A DNA stretch of 43,769 bases, the filler included, from Jimgerdemannia flammicorona (taxonomy: Eukaryota): assembly GCA_003990765.1 (NCBI GenBank). It is 2 parts of 2 records of this genome, joined end to end, with 100 filler letters (N's around TTAATTAATTAA, not from the genome) between each part and the next. Parts side by side here need not be neighbours in the genome. Positions count along the whole stretch, not along the records: positions 21,940 to 43,769 come from RBNJ01001383.1; 1 more part is not named here. The stretch is one strand, 5' to 3'. Below are positions 22,697 to 33,630 of the stretch, in pieces. Under the pieces are notes generated by a model. That model worked only from the letters and a program-made list of their open reading frames with translations. It had not been told where the DNA came from and ran no database searches. Position 1 is the stretch's first letter. Every line of letters starts with the position of its first letter. The position numbers and the translations under genes are program-made.

Positions 22697-23162
22697 TGTA
22701 ACATAGCGAATGCTTACTCTTGAAAGTACATCAGATTTCTGTATCTTGAATACTTGATCTTCTCTGACTCCTTGGAGTCCTTGGGGTGCAGGGGTGGATG
22801 AGTTCAAAGTGTATCTGCTTGTGGGCTTACTAGTCCCTTTACTATTTCTTTGCTTTTGAACTATTTCGATCTAAGGTTTATTCACTCTAAGATACTAGGT
22901 TATTTATATAAGTTTTGCTAACTATAAGGTGGCTAAGTAATGGCTCATTTCACAAGTGTTGAATCTTTTAACATCTGCTAAGATTTCGCTAATTGCGAAG
23001 ATTCTAACATCTCCTAAATCTTTGCAAATGTTAAAGTTTCCGCACTTTGCAGAATATGGCTGCTATTTATGAGGCTAAGCTATATTGGGAATCAGATTCA
23101 GGTACTGCAATCAAATATCTAATTCCCTTGTTTCATGTTACTAATTCAGATCAGCTGTCACA
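22697..23162 (-). repeat. 3' LTR of element B (466 bp)
   Basis: Direct repeat of 27104-27569, same length. Confidence 0.97.
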
Positions 23163-23309
23163 TCTTCCTCCTGAATAGGTAATTTGTCTTAGAAGTATTC
23201 TATTTACTTAAATTCCCAGGCTTCTACAATTTGTATTTCCTTATACTATATAATTTGTGTCATTATGTCCTTCCAATATTATTTCTTAATATATCCAAAG
23301 TCTCCTAGG

Positions 23310-24300
23310 GTTACTCCTCAGCTTAGGTATGCAATGACATACTCTTTTTTGTCTTCCTTTTGAGCTAGAACCACTCCTAGTCCTTGTGCACTTGCATCTG
23401 TCTAAAGGATAAACTCTTGGGTCCAATTGGGTATCTGAGGATGGGTGCCTGGGTCAGTCTGACCTTGAGTTCAACAAATACTTTTTGTTGTCTGCCAGTC
23501 TAGTTGAATTTAGTGTCCTTTTTATTGAGTTCATAGATTGGACCGTAATATTAGAGAATCCTCTGATAAATCTGCGATAGTAGGAGGTAAGTCTCATGAA
23601 GGCTTGGGCTTCTATAACAGTGGTGGGCCTTGGGTATGCTGCTACTGCTTGTATCTTGAGGGGGTCCATGTGCGTTCCATCTCAATTAATAACATAGTCA
23701 AGGTAGGAGATCTCAATTTCTGCAAATTTGCATTTCTTGGGCTTGATATACAGATCATGCTTTCTCAGTCTTTCCATTATCTGCCATATGTGCTGCAGGT
23801 GTTCCTCAGGTATCTTGCTGTAGATGATTACATCATCGATATAGACTATTATCCATCTTCCCATATTATAGTGGAAGATTTTGTTCATTATTTGCTAAAA
23901 GCTTGCTGGTGCATTGCATATCTCGAACAGCATTCGTAGGTAGATGTAGGTTCCGTCTGGGGTGATGAAGGCTGACTTTTCACTTGCCATCTCTATGAGT
24001 CCAATTTGGTGGAATCCTGAGTATAAGTCCAAGGTGCTCTAGTACTGTGCTTCATCTCCCAGTATTATAAGGATGTCACTGATGAGGGGCAGTGATTGGC
24101 AATCCTTCTTAGTAACTACATTGAGCTTTCTGTAGTCAACACAGAGTCTTGGGGCAAATTCTCTAGGTTTGCTTCCTTTTTTTAGGGCTAGTACAACTGG
24201 TGAAGACTAGGGGCTGCTGGCTTCTTTGATAATACCAGCTTCTTTCATCTGCTTGATTTCTTCTCTGAGCCATTCTTGGTAGGCTGGTGGGATAGATCTT
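23310..24300 (-). pseudogene. RT and N-terminal RNase H of element B
   Basis: RLCVDYRKLN, LDLYSGFHQ, VYIDDVII, LTSYYRRFI, TDASAQGLGVVLAQ; homology breaks after YVIAYLS. Confidence 0.93.
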
Positions 24301-24519
24301 GCCTTCTGGTAAATTGGTTCAGTGTCTTCAGTATCTATCTCATTATAGTAGTATGGGGTTTTTCCCTTGATATCTTTGAAATCCATGACAAGGACATCCT
24401 CAAATTTGTGGAGTATTTTCTTGAGTTCCTCCTTGAGTAGAAATTCATTTCCAATGGTATAACTGTGCTTGTTTGTAATTTCCTCCTTCTCATGCTCCAG
24501 TTCAGTGATCTTGGTACTA

Positions 24520-24950
24520 GTAAATACTCCTTTTCCTATAGATTCAAATCCTTTCTTTCCTCTTTTCATTTCCTCCAAATTCTTGACTTCTATGATCCTT
24601 AGTTGTAGGATTGGAAAGATCAACATTTGTGCCAATTTGTCCTTCTTCTTGACTGGGAATAGGATTGTAGAATTGTGATTCCTAGCAATGAGCAGGATTT
24701 CTCCAGTATAGTCAGAATCAATGACTCCTCCTTCAATCATAATTTTGCTTCTGGCCAGGCTGCTTCTTGTCTTGAGGATCCCAACATGATCCTTTGGGAT
24801 AGTCATCTCCAGTCCAGTTGCAAGTAGGGTGGTTGTTTGGGGTTCTAGTATAGCTTCTTTTACTGTGGTGATGTCCATTCCAGCTGCATTTTCTGACTTA
24901 TATTCTGGCAAGACTGCATCAGGGTGGGTCCTTCGGATCTTGACCTTAAT
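24520..24950 (-). pseudogene. dut: dUTPase domain (element B)
   Basis: AAGMDI, TRSSLA, GGVIDSDYTGEI, DKLAQML, KRGKKGFESIG. Confidence 0.95.
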
Positions 24951-25334
24951 TTCTTCTTCATCATTACTATCCTCCAGGAGGGCTGGTGGTTCATCATCTT
25001 CCTTCTTCTTCTCTTCTCTAACCTGTTTTTTGAGAGCTTTCTATCTTCTTTCTTGGTGGATTTTCTTGATTCTGATGGTGCACTGGTAGCAATCATTGAT
25101 ATACTCTATATAGTACATCTTGATCCCATGAGAACAGACTCCTTGTAGTATATAGCCTTCTGTGATCTTCTTATACCATTCTGCTTCACTCATCCATCCA
25201 ACTTTCTTTTTCAGAGTAGTCACCATATAAGCTTCCTCTTGCTCACTTTCTTCTTCCTCCATGTCAGGCAAGACTTCTTTGTTGACATTAATGGGAATTT
25301 GTATCTTCTGTCCCCAGTAGGTAATTTGCATCTT

Positions 25335-25660
25335 TTAGACATTGAGATCGATTACTACCCTGGCTTTGTAAAGCCATTGATTGCTGATGAGGATGTCATA
25401 GTTGGTGGCATTGGTTACGATTACATCTACTGAGATGGTTGCTCCTCTAATCTTGATGGGGACTTCTTGGATCTCTCCCAGAGGGGTGGCTCTTATGCCA
25501 TCTGCTGTGACAAAAACCAACTTGATTGCTTCTTCAACTTCCCAGCCTAGACAGTCTGCTGCTTTCTTACTGAGGAGACATCCTCCTGCTCCAGTATCAA
25601 TGATGGCTTCAAAGACTCTATCTTCGTTTTGGTATATTGCATTGGTAAAGATTTTGCAAT
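25335..25660 (-). pseudogene. Aspartic protease (element B)
   Basis: AIIDTGAGGCLLS...YDILIS. Confidence 0.92.
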
Positions 25661-25759
25661 TGTCTTCACTTTCTTCTCCTGAGTTCTCTTGAACATTATT
25701 GGCCTCAGTTATCTTCCATCCTTGCTCCTTGGTTGTTTTGGCAAGTCTGAATCTCATTT

Positions 25760-26995
25760 GTTATCTGAATGTTGGGATTTCTGTAAGTGACCAAAGGTTG
25801 CATTGACCTTTTGTTGGCTAAGGTCCTTGAAGATATCGTACTTGAAAGTCTTGGTCTTGCAAAGTTTCTTTTCTTTTTTTCCTTCACTGGCTGGAGTAGT
25901 TCCTCAAATAATATCTTGAACTGCTTGCTCCAGCTCCATATCTTGGTCCATCTCTTCAGTCTGGCTTTCAGTAGCCATTTTCATCTGCTTTTCTACTGGG
26001 TTCTTCTTGGGTCTTCCTGGTGGTCTCTTGTAGGGTTCCTTGCAAACATCCTTCTTAGTAGTCGGAGCAGGATAGGCCTCCTATTCTTCTTCATCAGAAT
26101 CTCCAATTTCCTCAAAGGTAATTATATTGGCCTGCTCCTTGTTTCATGTAGCATTGCTTGGTTGAGCCTTGTGCTTAGTTTTGCTCATGCATTCATAGGA
26201 GTAGTGGCCTTCTTCTCCACAGGTATAGCAGGTGCCTTTCTTCTTGTCCAAGGTGACAGCAAACTTCTGAACTGGGCAGTGGTTTCTTCCTTAGATTTCT
26301 TTTACCATATCTCTTAGATGAGAGGTCATTTCAGCAAACCTCTTAGCAAGTTCCTCCATAGGGTCACTGTTCTTTTGCTGCTTTGTAGTTTTTGGCTGAG
26401 GTGTGTTTCAATTGATTATTGTAGTAGGGATCACACTAGTTGCCTTGGGTGTTTCGATTCTGACTCCTGTAACTCTTTCTATTGTATGGTCTTGTGGATG
26501 TCTGGCTGTCCAATATCACTGAGCATAGGTGACCTTCTGTGATAGATCCAAGACTATTGGTGATGAACAAATAGCCATGGCTATCTCTGGGTGAACTCCT
26601 TTCATGAAGGTTGCTTTGGCTACTTGATCTCAGATAGCAGTAGCATAATCTGCAAGGATTATCTGATATCAAATTCTGGTATAGAATGTGTTTGAATCCT
26701 CACTCATTCCTTGGTATATTGTATTGAACTGATCCTTCAGAGCTTGCTTGATCTCATCTGTATAATATATATTTTGGAGCCAGGTCTTCTGTGCTGTCAG
26801 TATAGCATTGGTGTTATTTCCTGCATAAGTTGTGGCTGTAAATACTGCTCTGGCAGGACCTTGTAGGCTGAAGGGCATGAGGGCTACTTGCTGCACTGCT
26901 GTCAGGGTCCTTACAGCAGTATACTGCTCGAAATTATCAATGAAGTTAATGATTGATTCATCTGAGATATACCTGTAAAATACTGGTGGTCTCAT
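25760..26995 (-). pseudogene. Gag (element B)
   Basis: MRPPVF..FIDNFE capsid-like start; CYTCGEEGHYSYEC knuckle at ~26189-26230. Confidence 0.85.
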
Positions 26996-27103
26996 ATCTA
27001 TTTTGTCTGGGTATTGTATAGTTGCTCAGGTAGTGTCAGTTATTTGTTGTTCAGCTTGAAAGTGAGGGATTCATCTTGAATCACTAGCCAATGGGTACTA
27101 AGT

Positions 27104-27569
27104 TGTAACATAGCAGATGCTTACTCTTGAAAGTACATCAGATTTCTGTATCTTGAATACTTGATCTTCTCTGACTCCTCAGAGTCCTTGAGGTGCAGGG
27201 GTGGATGAGTTTGAAGTGTATCTGCCTGTAGGCTTACTAGTCCCTTTGCTATCTCTTTGCTTTTGAACTATTTCGATCTGAGGTTTATTCACTCTAAGAT
27301 ACTGGGTTATTTATACAAGTTTTGCTAACTATAAGGTGGCTAAGTAATGGCTCATTTTGCAAGTATTGAATCTTTTAACATCTACTAAGATTTTGCTAAT
27401 TGCAAAGATTCTAACATCTCCTAAATCTTTGCAAACATTAAAGTTTCTGCACTTTGTGGAATATGGCTGCTATTTATGAAACTAAGCTATATTGGGAATC
27501 AGATTCAGGTACCATGATCAAATGTCTAATTCCTCTGTTTCATGTTACTAATTCAGATCAGCCATTACA
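27104..27569 (-). repeat. 5' LTR of element B (466 bp)
   Basis: Direct repeat of 22697-23162. Confidence 0.97.
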
Positions 27570-29611
27570 CTATATTAAAACTATATATAAACTATTTCAA
27601 AAGACATTTAACTAACATCTTAATTCTTATTATATTAGATTTATTAAAACCTTTAATATTATTATTAAAATAATATTTGGTCAAAAAGATTACCTAATAA
27701 TTTATTTTTCTCAGAATCTTAAGTCAGCTAAAATAATATATGATTTATAAAAAAAGTTATTAGTTATAGTTATAGCTCTTAAAAAATAGTATTATTTCTT
27801 ATTTGATATTTTTTTATAGTATTTAAATTACTATACTCTTAAATATATTTAGTTAATACTAATCTATAAATAAGTATAATAAATATAGATCATTATATTT
27901 TTAATATAGAGATTAAATACATTCTAGATATGATTAACTAAATAATAAATAAATTTTTAAGATATGGAAAACAAACTTATTTATTTTATTAAAGTTATTA
28001 ATAATTTTATTTAACTTATTAAAGATAATTATCAGAAGAATAACCTATTATCAAATTTTCTTTAATACTATTAAAATCTAAACTCTGAAGTATCTAAAGT
28101 TATAAAAAAAATAATTAAGAGATTTATATATTGAGATAAACTTATTTATAGAGTTTATAAATAAGTAGTCATATCTAGAAATAATAATTCCAGACTTAAA
28201 ATTATTTATATAAAAATTCTATAATATTTCAGATATAGAAAAATTTTAGTTTAATAAAATCTATAATCTTATTTCTCAAAAATACTATTAGTAAAATATT
28301 TAAAGATATTAAAATCTTTATAGTCTTCTTTAATATATATATTAAAAATTCTAAAATAATAATAAGCTATTAGCTAGTTTTTATAACTTCTTTAAATTTA
28401 ATCTATAACTAAAAATTATATTATAATAGACTTTATTATATAACTTTTTAAAATTAGAAATAATTAGAATATTATTATTATATTTATAGACCATCTTAGC
28501 AAATAAATCTACTTTATACTAATAAAAATTACTATAATAGTTTTTGAAACTACTGAAATATTTTTTAACTTTATATTTAGATTATACAAATAATATATTA
28601 AGTACTTTAGTTTAATTATATAAAGTTTATAAGTAACTTTTAAAGTTATTTTTTTATTTTTTATATATAAAGTTAAAATTATTCTATAATTTATCTATTA
28701 CTCTAAATATTAATAAAACTCTGAAGCAGATACTTAGTATCTTTAGTAGATCTTAATAAAAAAAAAAAACTCACTTTTTTTAAAATTATAAATAATATTT
28801 AAAACTTTAAGTACTGTTGAAATATTGAGATAATAATTTGATATATTAATATATAATTATACTATTCTATTAGTTTTATATTATTCATTAGTAATATATA
28901 AAATATATAATATATAACTTTAATAAAATTAACCTTTCTTTTACAATAAAGATTATGAGCCCTACTAGTACTAAGTGACTATAGTAAAAAAAAAAAATTC
29001 CTTTTTAATATATATTATTCTAAAAATATCAAGTAATCATCAGTCTAGCAATATAAGTAATGTAATAGATATACTAATTATAAATATTTTAGTAATAACA
29101 GGAGTAGTTCTTATTATAACTACTGATATAATTATAATAATAAAAATATCACTTTAGTTATTAGTATAAATATAGATCCTGATATTGAGAAATATTCTAT
29201 ATATTATTTGAGTATTCTATATATCAAATCTTATAAAAGAATATAGCTTAGCAAAGTATATAAAGCTATAAGTACAAATTCAAGATTATGATACTGTAAA
29301 TAATTACTAAGTATTATATAAGATTATATTCATATAGTCAAATTTATAAAGAAAGCTCATAATGTATTCAATAATAACTTATAAGATATATGAGACTCTA
29401 TATAATAATTATATATAAGTATTTATATCAAATTAATTTTACCTAAAATCTCAGCTATTCAATTTGTAAAATATGTCTAAAGAGAGTATCTACAAATATA
29501 CCAATTATATTAATGATCTGGTAAATTAAGTGAATTTCCTCAATATATCTACAGATTATATTAATAATGAAGATAAGATTATAGTACTCATAAGAGGACT
29601 TTTAAATATAT

Positions 29612-30974
29612 TGTGACATGTATAACTGCTAATACTGGAATAAGGAGTAATGATAACAGATCTTATAATATTGGATGATAACTTCAACCTTATAATGTAA
29701 TAATTAGATAATACTATCTAATGACTTACTTAACTCATCAGATGATCTGATCAAAAGGAGTAATAATAATTTAAGCTAAAATGAAGACCACATTATTTAA
29801 AGAATCTAGACCTAGTATGTATATTAAGAAGAATTAGAATATATAAGAATACAATATCTCCTTTCCACCTCTCTAACCAGACCTTCCATCATAATACTTC
29901 TTTACCAAGAATAAAGAGTCTTGTCTTCAAAGTCATCAAAATGGCTATCTGGTACCTAGACACCACTAAGTATCTGAACTTCTATACTGAAGATCTTGGA
30001 TATTTCATTAACTACTACTATATAATAACTTAGTAGTGCAAGAATACTACTGACTGAATAAACCTCTGACATGACTATGAAATTGTATACTACCTCTGCA
30101 ATAAACCCCAAGAAGATGATTAAGAAAATCTTATTACCAAACTATTAACCACCAACTGGCTGATCATGAGAGTTTTTCATATCTACCAAATCTTCTATTA
30201 TATATTATAGGCTATAGCTCACTTACATATAAGGAGTTACTACTAGAAATATAGTCTACCTCACTACTGAAGAAGTCAATTGGAAAGAAGTTGAAGTTGT
30301 TAATTATATCAGGAGCAACTGTATTACTGTAGAAAGTCAACAAACTGAAAGGCTTCTATATAACCTCTTTCTGATACAACTATCAAGGCTATCTAATAAT
30401 TCTTATGGAAATCTTTAAAGGACTACCCATTACCATTGAAGCACCTACAAGAGCTACTACAACTACTCTCTACCCTGTTAGTTATATGTCATATCACATT
30501 ATATAAAAACTGAACTAAGAAGTCCCAAAAACTTCTGTTCAAGAAGAAAAAGAACACTAAGACTATCCAAACTGAGGAATCCCAAGAAAAAAATAAAGAA
30601 TCTACCAGTCTTCAGTCTGCCTTTAAGCTATATAAGAGTTAGAAAACATCATTAAAGATAACTGGCCACTATTCTATCTCCTCACCTCTTGGATAGTACT
30701 TTCTCTCTTTAAAGAGTGATATGATGAAGTCACAATCCAATAAGGTGATTTTCTTATTACATACTGGTAAAGGATATAATGCCTTTTAAGATAGAGATCA
30801 ATATTCTTTATTAGTAATACAGAATAAAGGTATTCCAGCCTTATCTAATTTAGTTAATATCACTCTCTACATAAGTATATTATAGTTTTGCCAAATATAG
30901 AATAGCTCTCCTATTATCTAAACATTCTTTACCAGCAGTGCAGATCAAGAGAATTTCAACCTTACCCTATCACA
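29612..30974 (+). mobile_element. Orphan LTR-like unit D (1363 bp) with two TATA boxes and an internal accessory gene
   Basis: Bounded by TGTGACA...TATCACA; TATATAAG at 29840-29847 and 30629-30636; ORF remnant between them. Confidence 0.65.
29890..30560 (+). pseudogene. Divergent homologue of the LTR-encoded accessory protein
   Basis: RIKSLVFKVIKMAI..LNFYTEDLGYFINY..YEIVYYLC..RVFHIYQIF..CITVESQQTERLLYNLF..LMEIFKGLPITI is colinear with 5197-6030; stops and frameshifts. Confidence 0.7.
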
Positions 30975-31203
30975 TATACACACACCTGAATCGCCACTAT
31001 ACCCAGAGAACCATCTCAATTAGGAAATCGACATACAAATCGCTTGCAGATATCCAGCTTAACTATTATACCACTAAATATCAAGGACTTTAGGAATTAT
31101 AAAATATTTTATTGTTTTTGACAAAGTAACTGGGGGCTCAAGCCAAACTACATCAACTTCCCAACCTTGTAATTTGTCTCTATTGAGCCAGACACATTAC
31201 ATT

Positions 31204-31221
31204 TGGGGGCTCAACTGGGAA
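31204..31221 (+). promoter_or_regulatory. Primer-binding site, probably tRNA-Pro
   Basis: TGGGGGCTCAACTGGGAA 2 nt after the LTR end; resembles the tRNA-Pro PBS TGGGGGCTCGTCCGGGAT (14/18). Confidence 0.7.
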
Positions 31222-31756
31222 GATTTCAAAATTGACATAACTTTTCAGCTCACAAGAACCCACAGTCAAACTGAATGCATTTGATATAACACCAATCTCT
31301 GCTACTATAGGAGAACCAGTTATCACCAGCATCTGGACAGGAAGAGAAGTAATTACTTCAAGACTTGTCAATTACCCAGTATCAGAAGGATCTCAATTAG
31401 AACCAGAAGACAGTATAGCCCGAAATCCCCAACCAGATCAACCAGACAATATAGGCAGTCCTGTTAGAGATTTTGGAGAACTTGCACAAGAACTAGAAGA
31501 CCTTATCACATAAACCTGAGACCTAACAGCCAGACATCCCAGATCAGTTCCTCCAATCTCATCAATAGAACCTTTACCACAACCCTGTGAATTGGAAACA
31601 GCTCCTATAAGAATACCTAGGCTTATTCCACTTCATTGAAGGTCCAGAACACTATCCTCAAGATACCCAAGCACCCATATCTCCAGTGACAGTTCAGAAA
31701 GTGAATCAGAATCAGAATCCAAACCTGAACCAGAATTAGAAGAAAGTGATGATGAA

Positions 31757-33220
31757 ATGGCCACCTCATTGCCAATCTTTACAGGATATTCAGAGGAAGA
31801 CCCCAGAGAGTTCCTTGATAGAATTGAAGGAATTGCAGTCTTGAGGAATCTCTCAGATGAAAGAAAAATCGCCATCTACAAGGCTTAGCTCAGAGAACCA
31901 GCCAGAGGAATTTTCCATTGAATAGCAAATAATCCAGATTCAGAACTAGCAAGACAGATATAAGCAGCAATGTCTTATGAGCTAGAATATGAGGCCATGG
32001 TCCACTGGCTCATTGAAAAGTATGCAGGAAACAAAACCCACTACAAGGCTCAAGAATCTATCATGGGGATGAAGATAAATCTTGGAGAATCACCCAGAGC
32101 CTTCTTTACAAGAATCCAGAAGAGAATGCATGCTGCCAGGTTCAATACCACCAACCAGGACATAATAGGTCCAATGACCTTTATGAATGGAATTCCCCCA
32201 AACATTGCCCAGTATGTCCACACCCTAGGCATCAGAAGGTCTGAAGAACAAGTAGATGTAGCCCAAGGATTCTTTGATATTAGACAAGGAACTACCTGGA
32301 GTGATCATGATAGGAAAGAAGAGAAAGGAGACATCCTGGTCAAAGCCCCACAAGGACTCCTTCAAGGACAAGAAAGATCTGAAGAAAGAAGGCCAGCTAA
32401 GGAAGGAAAGAAGGACAGAAGTGAAATCCAAGACCTCAGCTCCAAGTTAGACCAATTGGTTGGACAGATTGAAAAACTCACTACATGCGAAAATCAGAGC
32501 TACCAAGACAACAAAGGATACCCACCACAAAGAAACCAAGATTATCCACCAAGAGATAACTGGAATTACCAGCAGAAAGAAAGAAGGTACCCTGTCCGAG
32601 ACAGAGCCCAAGTCCAATGTTTTCACTGTGGACAATTTGGACACTATGCCACTGAATGTGATAACAAAAGAAGTGACCAAAGAGACTCAGAACCACCAAA
32701 CTGAAGGAATGACACCCAGTACAAGAAGACTGAAGCCCATCCTGTTGAAGATTTTGAGGAAGCAAGCAATAGTGAAGACTACAGTAACCTAGACTTGTAC
32801 CCTACCAAGGTTACCACCCAAAAGACAGTCTACCCAGCAGAAAAGAGGAAGAGATCTGTAGGAAGGCCATCCAGGAACATCAGCAGAAGAATCATCCAAG
32901 AAGAAGATAAAGAACATGAGGAGGAACAAGTAGAAACACCTTCCTGAACCCCCTCACCTTTTGGTCCCAAGATAAATAAGTTGTCACCAGAAGATGAAGA
33001 AATGGAACAAGAAGAATGGGAACCTGCTGCTCCAAAGCCCAAGAAGAAGTACACTCTGAAGATCATGCCTAGAGACATTTACCATGAAGCCTGGCAGAAG
33101 ATTCAAGAGGCCAAGATGGAAGTCCCCCTCCTGCAGTTCCTGCAACTGATACTAGCTGGAGTCCAAAAAAAATTGCTGAGAACCACTAGGTCTAGCACTG
33201 GCCAAGTCCCAATCCCATAG
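31757..33220 (+). pseudogene. Gag (element C)
   Basis: LPIFTGYSEEDPREFLDRIE; GESPRAFFTRI; FMNGIPP; CFHCGQFGHYATEC at 32618-32659. Confidence 0.9.
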
Positions 33221-33269
33221 CAAGAACCAGTTCCCATCCCTGTTCAGGCAGCTGAAAGACATATCAGCA

Positions 33270-33630
33270 CCTACCTACATGGAGATATTGGAGAACAAAA
33301 GGCAAAGATCCTCATAGACACAGGAGCAGCTGTCTGCGTCATTGCCAAACGGTTCCTGGACACCCTTCAATGGCCCATTGATGGACCATCCAATCTCAGC
33401 ATCATAGTAGCAGATGGAGCCCGAACTCAACCCCTTGGAGAAGTACAAAATATCACCATCTCCCTTGGACACATTCAGTTCTCCATCCCCAAAGCTGTTA
33501 TCACTGAAGCTATCACCTATGATATGATTCTTGGCACCAACTGGATGAAGGAAATGAATGCAGTTGTTGATATTGGCCAATAGGTACTCAAGTTTGATTA
33601 CAGAGACAAGAAATATAAAGTCAGGGTGAC
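33270..33630 (+). pseudogene. Aspartic protease (element C)
   Basis: ILIDTGAAVCVI...YDMILGTNWM. Confidence 0.92.

Larger units (their letters stand above)
22697..27569 (-). mobile_element. Ty3/gypsy element B: two LTRs, gag-PR-Cys/His-dUTPase-RT; internally deleted (no integrase, truncated RNase H)
   Basis: 466-bp LTRs with TG...CA ends; perfect CTAT TSD (22693-22696 and 27570-27573); PPT at 23163-23172. Confidence 0.97.
22260..29420 (+). mobile_element. Heavily decayed gypsy (possibly chromovirus-like) pol relic, split by element B
   Basis: YIDDILIYSK at ~22343; RNase H-like KLLVIVIALKK at ~27750; integrase-like zinc-finger region and DFI motif at ~28200-28440; possible chromodomain at ~29290-29410. 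Confidence 0.7.

Noticed and set aside
28975..29157. Short I/K/Y/N-rich ORFs in AT-rich tracts (also 17766-17963, 21469-21717, 40361-40561)
   Set aside because: Compositional artefacts of hypermutated repeats and microsatellites
29612..31201. A complete 1.6-kb 5' LTR of element C
   Set aside because: Only the last ~230 bp match the 3' LTR, and the flanks ATAT/ATAG are not a perfect TSD
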